Assembly (NCBI GenBank): GCA_050273025.1 | Contig: CP158635.1 | Span: 6,944,001 to 7,008,000, forward strand | Length of the DNA: 64,000 nt | Origin: Cenococcum geophilum | Lineage: Eukaryota | Reading direction: 5' to 3' | Shown: positions 25,001 to 35,606 of the stretch, in pieces | Numbering within the stretch: the first letter of the stretch is position 1 | Layout of the letters: every line of letters begins with the position of its first letter | Notes under the pieces: generated by a model | The model's database searches: none | Seen by the model: the letters and a program-made list of their open reading frames with translations, nothing else | Told to the model about the DNA's origin: nothing | Made by a program: the position numbers and the translations under genes

Positions 25001-27470
25001 GTATTAATAGTAAGGTAAGGGCAGAAGAATATTTATATATAACTACCTAATATTATTTACTATAAAGATATTAGTTCCGCTTACCGCCTTTACTAAACTA
25101 ATAGCAATTTTCTATTTTAGGGATAGAAAATTATAATTAGTCTATTTAATAATTAGAGCTAATAGAACTCTATACCGCTACCTAAATTTAATAGACTATT
25201 TAGATTATAAAACCCCATTTAAAATTTTACCTTTTTACTCTTAATAAACTTTAAATATAGCTATAATTAGTTTAAGTATAAAATTAAACGGAATTAATAA
25301 TAGTATATTTATGATATCTTTATTTAGTAGATATTTAGTACTATATAAAGGAGCTAAGTAATATATTAGTAACGCCCTTATAGAAGTTAAAGGCTTTATA
25401 ATTAATTATTATTAAATAGTGCTTATTTAAATCTATAACGAGATTCTACTCTCTTAAGAAAACTATATAGATATTGCTAGTGTGGTAGTTAATTTTATTA
25501 ACTAGAATAATAGGTTATAAGTATCTCTAGAAAGGATATATTCTTATTAATCTTTAAGGACATTTCAAATGTTAGAAAGATAGTAATAAATTTAATTAAT
25601 ATAATAAAGTTAGAGAAACTATTTGAAAGTACTAGAGATAAAGAGTTTTTAACGGACTACTTAAATATATAGTCTCCTACTAATTCCTTTCTGCCGCCTA
25701 AAAGCTTACTATCTACCTACTTTATAGAGTAACGGCGCGAGTTAATAAGGCCCTAATTAATAGGCTTAATTATCTAAAACGTGGCATTAAGAATACTACT
25801 TAACTATAGCTAACTAATTTTATACTCGTATCTAAGATATTAAAAAGGGTAATATTAGACTAGGTAGTAAATAAGAATAGTTTAGGAAGACATTTAACTA
25901 GCTTTTTTATTCTAAATAAAACCCTACTGTTAAAAGGTAAGAGACTAACTACCGTAGAACTAAAAGTTATTAATATTGGAATTAGATAAATAGGAGAGAG
26001 CTTAGCTTTTATACTATAAATATATTTTTAATATACTTCTAACATAATAAATATATTAGCTTTTTAGCCGTTAACACCTATTTAAGAAGAAGGCATTAGT
26101 ATTATACTAAGCCTATCTTAATAAGGATTACCTATATTAGTTAACTTATCTTTATTATTTATAAATAAAAGTATTCTTATAGCTAGAACGCCTATTAGCT
26201 CGCCCTTACCGCTACTAGTATTCTCTTTAAAAAGAAGTCTAAGAGAAGGGCTTATAGTTACTTACCTAGAAGTAGGAGGGCTAGAAATAGAATTAATATT
26301 TAATAAAAAATATTATTAAGCTAGGAGATAATAAGGAGTATATTAAGGAAGCTATAAATATTATAATAATATTCTATATAAAACGAGAATATAACTATAC
26401 GGATAACGTATTAGTATATCTTAAAGTGTCCTTAAATTAAACTATAAAAATTAAACTAATAAAGGTTATAAAGCTATTATATAGTTAGTATAGGGAAGCT
26501 AGTTCTAATTTAGAGATATATAAGGTTTACTAAACATATACGCAAGTAATAAAAGGGCGTATAGGTTTAGTTATAAAGGGTTTAAATTATACTACACTAT
26601 ATTATAGACTCTGCTTAATATATTACGCTTATAATTACCTTAATACTATAAAGATAGATCCTATTACGTACTCCTAGTTTAAAAAACCTTATAAACTTTT
26701 AGTTCTATCTAACTCCTTAAGGCTATATAAGTTTATTTATAACTTAGTACTAAGGTTTTCCTATAATAGAGAGGCTTTACTTAATTAAATACTATTACTA
26801 GAAAACTAAGATATATAGCAGTAAAAGGGATCTATAATTTTAAACATATTTATATAGTAGTAAGATTTTAGTGTTTTAGTAATAATTAATAAGGAAATAT
26901 ATATATACTATTATTATTGGCGTCTAATTATGTCAGGTGACGAAGTCACCTCGCCTATATGTATTGTTCCGCACAGCCGTGCCTGGCGTCAAGCCAGTCA
27001 CTCGCTTACCTTTTGGGGTTTGTGCCGTGGCTGAGTGGTGCGGAGCTTGTCACCTCACAAATCAATAGGCGGCTAAATTACGGCTAGTTAAGAATAATAG
27101 TTTCTAGTCTCTATCAGCAGCTAATAAAATAAGATCCTTAATACTACCGTTTTTATTACGCTCTTAGATCTAATAGCTAGTAGTAATTTATCTCCTACTC
27201 TTATTATACAAAGTTCGCCGTTAAAGGAGACTCTATATCTTTCCGCTATATTAATATTAATATTCCTTCTCTCTTAAAGAGTAAACGTAGTACTAATATA
27301 ATTTAAGGGAGCATTTCTCTAGATAATAAGACTAAGAATAATTACGCTATTCTTCTACCTAGCATATATTACCACTTAGAATTATAGTAGGCAGATTTTA
27401 AGGCGCGAGGATTAACTAAGGGTAATAGACTTATATATAAGATCTTAGACCAAAATTGGACTATTAAGGA
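25001..27470 (+). pseudogene. Heavily RIPped coding relic, possibly NACHT/WD40 (NLR-like)
   Basis: De-RIPped RDGKLQLVHLTVR near 25120-25160 and FSHDGE near 26755 resemble NACHT-associated and WD40 motifs; very weak. Confidence 0.25.
26931..27059. mobile_element. Short un-RIPped solo LTR (129 bp)
   Basis: TGTCAGGTGAC...GTCACCTCACA, TSD AATTA/AATCA, GC-rich island. Confidence 0.85.
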
Positions 27471-27477
27471 CGTAGAA

Positions 27478-28581
27478 AAGTATATAACTAACTAGGTAGC
27501 TTAGTAGTGTAAGAAAGGAGACATATATATAACTATACCTTACCTTTCTTACAGGGCGAAAGGGCCTTTAACTAGGACCTAGCAAATAATATTACTATAA
27601 TTTATTAGTATTTAGGATAATTATAATAACTTTAAAGTTATAGAAGAAGGAACTTAGGTAGAGCTAATAGATACCTACTAAGACTTAAAAGCGCCGCCCC
27701 ATACGCTATGTAGATATACTAATCTTTATAGCGTAATCCTATACCGCTTCCCTACTATAGTTAAGCTTATAACTACTAGTGCCTTACTTAACGCCTTTTT
27801 TAGTAGACAATAATAGGATTCTCTAGTAGTAATTTAAGATTATAACCTTTTCTTTAATAGCAATAGGAACAAAGTTAGGAAATAGATATATCCCCACCGC
27901 CTTAAAGCTATTAAAAGTTATAAGAATATATTTTAGCTAATATATATAACTAAAATAGAGTGCCTTAATAGCCGCTTATACTTCTACTATATTAATAATA
28001 GAATTAACCCTTTAACTATTGTAGTAGATCTTAATAAAGAGCCTCCTATTATTATAGAAGGATAGAATTAAGTAGATAGAAGGACGTAAAAGAGCTATAT
28101 TATTTAAGAGCCGTTAGTTTAATACCTCTTATGCTGCCCTACTAGGTAGATAAAAGCGGTCTTATTTAACCAAAATAGAGTTTTCTTACTTACTATTTTA
28201 GGTTTATAATAAGGGTAAGGAGCGTATATAGTTACTAGCTACGCCTTTATCTTAAAGATAGAGAGGAATAAGGAGTTTTACAAGTTATTAGGGGATAATA
28301 ACTTAGGTAGCGAAGATATATAGTAGTATAATTTGGCCCCCTAGGTTTAATATTTAGATTAGGTATAGCTTTAGGAGAGCTTAGGCCTTCTATAGTTATA
28401 TAGATCGGTCTAAAGCCCTAAAGTCTTTAATAACTTAAACCGGACTAATAGATAGACAGTTTTTTTAATACACTCTTTTCTTTTTTTCTTACTAACTATT
28501 TTTTTACTAGCTAATTACGACTAACCGTACTAACTAACTATATTATAACTCCCTATCTAAGATAGATCGTACCCTCCCACA
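27478..28581. repeat. Unclassified dispersed repeat (copy 2)
   Basis: Homologous to 226-2796 without the hAT insertion. Confidence 0.8.
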
Positions 28582-28582
28582 C

Positions 28583-29295
28583 TATAAGGGAGTGTTTTAA
28601 TTACCTATCTTATCCTATCTACCTTTTATACTATACTTCTATAATATTATAGATTGCTATTAGATATTATTGTCCATCTCTAGCTTTTTATTGCCCTATA
28701 TATATATCTACGTTACCTATAGCCCTTATACTTATAGCTAAATAATACTCCCTATTTTAATAACCCTCTCTTACCTCTATTTCCTATCTTCCTATATCTA
28801 ATAGTGCGCTTAGCCTAGTACTAGCTATAGGGGTAGACTAAGCCCCTATAGCTAAGCATCCGCGCTATACTACGTATTAAAATATATTATGTAGATTAAG
28901 GTATAGAGGAAGTAGAGGGCGGTTTAGATAAAAGGCTTATTGTAGGCCTTCTGCCTATAAGGTATATACGGTTTAGCTATATATAGGTGCTATATAGTAT
29001 TGTTATACCATATAAAAAGAAGGGTGTCACTACTATAGATAGATGCCGTAATTTAAGTGTACTAGACGTGTACGTAAAGACATAATAGCTATATTAAGTT
29101 TTCGTTAAGGCTTACCCTCCTAGTAAAAAATCTTTACAATACCACTATGTTATAGCGCTAGCGCTGCGCAGCCATATATATGTCTCTACGTTTACTCTAG
29201 TAGTTTATTAGTATAATCCTAATAAAACGCTAATTGTACTGCTAGGTTCCCGGGCTCTACCGCGTAAAGGTATAAAGGCCGATTTTATAGAGCCT
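28583..29295 (-). mobile_element. Ribozyme-headed SINE-like element, family X copy 2 (3'-truncated)
   Basis: Reverse-complement homology to 13429-14190; the tail is missing. Confidence 0.8.
29184..29295 (-). ncRNA. HDV-like ribozyme (RIP-damaged)
   Basis: P1 AGGCTCT/AGAGCCC, P3 ACC/GGT, L3 TTTACGC (from TCCACGC) with GG partner, J4/2 GTAAAC, P2' GTAGAG. Confidence 0.7.
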
Positions 29296-29383
29296 TTAGC
29301 TTTATTATAGTTCTTTATTGGCTTAAATAAGCATATTTTAGCTTTTTAATAGCCTTTTAAGCGCCTAAAGTAATTAGGGTATA

Positions 29384-29469
29384 GGCCGTCAAAAACGGAC
29401 TCTGCACCTGTACGTAGTGACGGCTACGAACCTAAGTCTTCGAAGTTCAGACTTAGAGCCAACGCAGAG
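29384..29469 (+). ncRNA. HDV-like self-cleaving ribozyme
   Basis: P1 GGCCGTC/GACGGCT with G.U at position 1, P2 CTCTGC/GCAGAG, P3 ACC/AGT (RIP of GGT), L3 TGTACGT, P1.1 GT/AC, P4 CTAAGTCT/AGACTTAG, J4/2 GCCAAC. Confidence 0.88.
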
Positions 29470-30396
29470 ACGTCGCACAGCGTGCGATATAACCTAGTGG
29501 TGGTAGTTATAGGTATTATGGGCGGTAGTAAAAAGTTTTATATAGGATGGTGAGATCTTAAAAACAACTACTAAGTGCCCCTTATAGCAATAATAATAAC
29601 ACTATTCTCCTATTAAGGCACCTGTACGATCCAATATGGATGCGCGGCATTTAATAATATCCCCTAACCCCTAGTAGAGAGCATTAATAACCTCTTATGT
29701 TAACGAACAAGCAATTATAAACGAGTAACGAGCAAATATACGGCCCCTTCTAACCCCTAGGGCAATCGCCCGCGGAGCATACGGTTACTTACTATTAACT
29801 ATTAAATACTACCTAGCAGCCTAGATAACACCATACGGTTTTCCTATCTCCTCTTAAGAAGTGGTAACCCTTGGTGAGGGCCTAGTAACTAGGGCCTAGG
29901 CATAAAAGATACTTAGGTATATACGTCCCGCTCGCCTTTTAGTATAGTGGTTTATGGATAAATCCCCCTTACGCCTTCAATAGGCCTTAAGGGGGGGGGG
30001 GTATAGCGTATATAGTAATGGTTAATAAGAGATAGTATATGGGGGGTAGTTAAAATATGGAATACAACTATAAGTATACAGTAATTGAACGGCAAGGCCT
30101 AGCTAGGACATAGTAAACCCTAGCTAGGATAAGCTAGAGAAGGAAGTAGTGGTTCTTAAGGAGTTTGAATATCTAAGGAGGATAGGACGTAGCCGTAGGC
30201 CTGTAGGGCCGCCGCTACGGACAAACATGGCAAACTGGGATTTTTTATCCTACTGAGGTGGCTTATAGGGTTTTTCCTCCCCCAAACTGCAGGGTTTTCT
30301 TCCTATAAATTATAAGTTTTCCCCCTGTAACGGAGTAGTCTGCGTGGGCCTAAATAGGATCCGTATCAGACGTTAATTAAGAATTACTACTACTAC
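29384..30396 (+). mobile_element. Ribozyme-headed SINE-like non-LTR retroelement, family Y copy 1
   Basis: 13-bp TSD TAATTAGGGTATA (29371-83, 30397-409), (TAC)n tail, no long ORF; homologous to 42506-43503. Confidence 0.92.
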
Positions 30397-30810
30397 TAAT
30401 TAGGGTATATTTTTTCTATACCTCCCCAAACTATATCCTCTTATATATCGCTCTTTATAGATATTTAAGCAGATGTATAAGGTATCTGTTTTTATATAGG
30501 GTTAGAAAACTATAATGATTTCTTCTCCCTACTAGTAGATACCGTATCTTTATTATTAATGCAATTTTAGAATAATTTAAGGTTTCTAGTAGATTAGTAA
30601 TTAGGTATATTATCTTTAGGGTAGTAGTATATAGTAATGTTTTTATAAGTACTAATTGAGGATATATAGATTATATTAGTAATATATTTAAGCTTAGTTA
30701 AGGTAATATATATAATATATAATATCTTTATAAAGACAGTAAGTGATATATAGTTAAGAGATTGGATTTAAATATAAGTCAATTTAATAGTATATAAGGA
30801 CTGGGAGTAT

Positions 30811-30947
30811 CCCTTAACACGGCAATTTGGGTCCTTAGGTTATCGATAAAAATTAACTAATTAGAAAAGCTGGGTTAATATAACTATCTAATTAAACCCA
30901 GTTATTAATATAAGCGAACTTAGCAAAGGACCCTGCCGTGTCAAGGG
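30811..30947. mobile_element. 137-bp MITE, CCCTT termini, AT TSD
   Basis: TIR CCCTT(A/G)ACACGGCA, inner IR GGGTCCT/AGGACCC; same architecture as 9422-9570. Confidence 0.85.
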
Positions 30948-32184
30948 ATAATATTAATATTCTATTTCTTTTCTAGGGCGGAGTTAGGACAGAAGGTAGA
31001 AGGAAAAGGTAGAGTATACTAGTCGCCCTTTTTTACTTTATGTCATATGTATAAAATAATATTTAGTAGCTATAATTACTTTTAGTTTATATATTATCTA
31101 TACCCAAGACTATAGAAGCCTAGAGTGATTTATAGGTAAGGTATTATTAAAAGTGGCTAGCTAAGCTATTGCTAAATTTAAATAGCTAATAATCTCTAAT
31201 GGACGCTATATACCTTAGTAGGAGTTAAAGACGTTTATATAAAGTTATAGACTAGAACTAGAAGTTAATAATAACCTCTAATAACACCTCCTTTAGTAGG
31301 AATAGTATTATATAATCTACTTCTAATGCCTATCCTTTTTAGGGCAAGATACTATCTAAGCAGTAGGCTTATCCTAACTAGTTATCTTATATATTAACCC
31401 CCCATCTATAGCAAAGTAGTTATTAGTGCCTAGGGGGTAGTTTAATTAGTATTCTAGCTAAGCTCTTTATAAGTGCTCCGCCCTATATAAGTGGTATACT
31501 AACTCCTATTAATCTACTTTACGTTAAGGGAGATCTTTTATTTAAGGCGCTAAGTAGCTAGTGCTTAGAGGTCTATAGACTTATCCTATATCTTAATAGT
31601 ATATACTATAACCCTTTAAGCAGTATCCTATAGCCCTTAAGTATTTATAAATATACTATCCCTAAATTATTAGCTAGTATAGGCATTTATAGATAGAGAA
31701 ACCGATTTTAGAGATAACGACCACAATATAGAGGCGTAAACTAGTTATAAATAGGATGCAAAGATATTATCTAATAGAGAAAATAACTTTAGTACTTAGG
31801 GTTGAGAAATAGGGACAAATATCAATAGAGAGATATTAGGCGACAATGCTATATAAGCGATAATTAAATATAGTGGCCTTAACTTTATAGTCTTAAATCT
31901 ATAAGTATAGGATATAAATATAAAAAAGAGTTATAATAAAAGCTAGTAAAAGGGTTAAAACTTTAGCCTTTTTTATAATAAAGCCTTATAGGAAATACTA
32001 CGGTAGACTTATTAATAAGCTAGGTATATAGGTAATTAATAAGTTAATAACGATAATATAACTAGTAAAGTGGTTACCTAATAGATTAACTCTAATTATA
32101 TTCTAAGATTTACTATAAAAAAGAGAACTATCTAGGTAGAAACTATAGTCCTTTAAATATATAATACTGCACTTAAGAAATATA

Positions 32185-35100
32185 CTAAGTATGTTAGTAC
32201 GTTAGTACATTAGTATATCGTGTTCCTATATTCCCATATTTCTACATTTTAAATTTATAACATAACTAGCTATATAACTTAGTTACCCCTTATTTTATAG
32301 CTTAATTAGTTCTAGTGCCTCTTATACTATTTTAACTAACCTATTTATATCTCTTCTTAGTAGTTATACTACTGCTAATATAAGATCTATAATACTATTT
32401 CTCTTCTTTTTATCTTTATTTTTAAAGATATCTTCTATTTCTAAGTTGTCTATTAGAGATATAGCATTTCCATTTTTAATTTAATAACCTTTATTATTTC
32501 TAATACCTTTTATTAGATTCTCTGCGTCTAATTATTATAATTAGCTAGTAATATTTATTCTTTCACTTAGTAAAGTTATACTATTCCATTCTTATTATAT
32601 GGAGAAAAAGTTAGTATATATTATAATTGCGGCTCCATCTAGTTGCTAACCTTTTTTTATACTAAGTGTACGTAAGCAAATATATAGTTATTTTATAACG
32701 TTTAATCTATCTCTAATGTTAAATATATATATATTATAGTTCTATATAATCTTCTTATTTCTTATCTAATTTGTCGTAGGGTTTTACATATTAATAGTAG
32801 CTAAAAGACTAAAAAGTAAGCTAGCCGAGGCTCTTATTAAGATTTAACGTTGTTTTAATAAAGCGTCTTAGGCCCTAAAAGCTTAACTAGATGCTTATAC
32901 TTAATTATCTTATCTAATAAAGGTTTATAAGAAGGTGCGCTTTAAAGAGTTATATTTTATTAAGTAAAATCTCTTTATTTTTAGTTTCTTCTTAATATTA
33001 CCTAACCTATTCTCTTTTAATACTTCTATACCTTTCCTATAGAGTTTTTTAAGTTTTATAATAGCTTCTAGGTAGTCTTATTATAGCTTATCTACTTAAC
33101 TTTATACTATATTTTATTCTCAATATCTTTATAATTAATAATCTTTAAAACCTACTATTTGTCTTTCTTTTATTCTCTATATATATCTGCTTTATAAACT
33201 AGTAGCTCTATGTCTTTATACGCTGGCTTTAATATTGCGATATACTATATAGAGTAGATCTTTATCTTTACTAGTAAGTTAAGTCTATATATAACTTTTA
33301 AATTCTTAGCTATAATTTTAAATAGTTCTAGTCTAAGGTGGTTTAACTTCTTATTTAGTTATTAAGTTATAAAATTTTTATATAATAGCTACACTTTATC
33401 CCCCTCCTTAAGATCTAGTTTCATAGATCTCTTAGCATCATAGTACTTTTTTATATTTTTTATATTATTTTTACTATAAAATAAAGGTCCTTATAAAGAT
33501 TTATTAGAGTTTCTATTCTCTACTTTACTATTTTACTAGTTTTCTTTACTTATTATAGTAATAACGATATTCTAGGCTTATACCTATAATTTGCCTAAAA
33601 TAGTAGCATCTCTATGCCTTTTTATGGTATTATATTATATGCGAATTATATAACTAGTAATAACAATACCTAATTATTTTATACGTAATTAATATAATGC
33701 TTTAGATACTGCTTTAGTGTCTAATTTAATCTTTCTATTTATCTATCTGTCTGCGGATAATATATAGTAGAAGTTACTACTTGAACCTCTTATTCCGCCA
33801 AGAATACCTTCTAAAATACTGCTATAAATCTTAGATCTTAGTCTAATATAATTTTATTTAGTGCTCTATACCTTATAAATACTTCTTTAATATAGATTCT
33901 AGCTATATTCTCTACTAAGATTTTTTTATATATGCTATAAAATAGCCCTATTTAGTTAACTTGTCTACTATTACTAAAATTATATTATACTCTTATTTAG
34001 TAATAGAATCTTTTAACTTTAGTAGCTTTATAATAAAGTTCTATAATATAACCTTCTATAGTCTTTCTAGTGTCTTAATAGGCTATAGTTTTCTAGTGTC
34101 TTAATAGGCTATAATTTTCTATATAGCTTATATCTTATTAGTTTATTTTTCTAACAATTTAAATACTTCTTTATAACTTCTCTTACGAAGCTTTAGATTC
34201 CGTTAATAATATACTTCTCTTAGAGTTTTAATACTAAGCCCATAACTCCGTTATATCCTTATATTATTCCCCTATAGAAATCTTTAATAAACTCTTTTAT
34301 AATACCCTTTAGTACATATATTGCTTCTTAGTTTTTGTACTACTCTATATCTAGATTCTTAGATTATACTTTTTAAATTTTTCTAGTTTAATCGCTTTCT
34401 AGTAGCTTATGTTTTTAGGTTACTATAATTTTTGGGTAATTATATCTAATTAATCCGTTCTTATTTCTGCGTAATATTGCCCCTAATGGCTTCTTATTAT
34501 TTTATAGTTTAGCTTTTCTGCTTAGTATATCTGCTCTTACGTTTTTAATTCCCTTAGTATACTAAATCTTAAAATAGTACTTTATAAGTATCTTTATTCA
34601 TCTAATTTATTTCCAGTTAAGTTCTTTTATTATTAAAACCCCCATTAGATTCTTATAATCCATTTTAATTATAAATAGTTTCTCTATGCCTTATAAGAAT
34701 GCTCTTTATTCTCTAAATGCTATAACTATACCTAATAACTTCTTATTATAAATGTCATAGTTTAGTTCTAGTAGTATTATTTTCTAACTATAGTATACTA
34801 CTAGATGCCATACGTTCTTATACTTCTATAGTAGGTATACTTCTAGTATAAAGTCTAATATATCTATTTCTACAACCGTTTTTAATCCTAGTTAGTAGAT
34901 CTTAAGAATTAGTTTTTAGATAAACAACTTCTTAAGTTCTTAAAATAGTTTCTTTTACTCGTCTTTTTATATCTATAGTTTCTCTTTCTTTATAAGCTTT
35001 ATAAATATTTTAATGTTCTTTAACCACTATACTATAAATCTCCTATAATAGTTATAAAACTCTAAAAATAACCTTAACTGTATTACGTTCTCTAGTTTCT

Positions 35101-35606
35101 ACTGACTTATTATAGCTTTAATCTTCTTTAGGTCTATACTAATATAACCTAGTTTAATAATATATCTAACAAAATTGGTTTTTCTTATAAAGAACTCACA
35201 CTTCTTAATTGCTATTAGCATCTATTCTTCCTATAGTCTTTTTAAGACCTATTTAACATGTTCTCTATATTCCTTCTTACTTATTAAGTAGATAATAATA
35301 TATACTATAGCAAACTTATTAAGGTGTTCTTTTGACACGCTATTAATTTGCTTCTAAAACATCACTAATGCATTTATAAGTCCAAATTATATAACTAATA
35401 GTTTATATAGTTCTTTCTTTAACCTAAAGGCTGCCTTCTATTTATCGCCTTATTTAATTCTAATCTAATAGTATACCTATCTTAGATCTATCTTTATAAA
35501 GATTTACGCGTTACCTATTCTATCTTAAATTTTGCTAATTAAGGGTAAAGAATATCTATCCTTCCTAGTGATGCTGTTTAACTATTTATAGTTAATATAC
35601 AGCCTA
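32185..35606 (-). mobile_element. Gypsy family C fragment (RT, RNase H, partial IN, chromodomain, partial 3' LTR)
   Basis: Reverse complement of parts of 59000-62540; cut at the RT motif LRLCIDY by the family A LTR. Confidence 0.9.

Noticed and set aside
29660..29760. CCCTAACCC motifs suggesting a telomerase RNA template or telomere relic
   Set aside because: They are single 9-mers within a multicopy TSD-bounded retroelement, with no tandem TTAGGG array.
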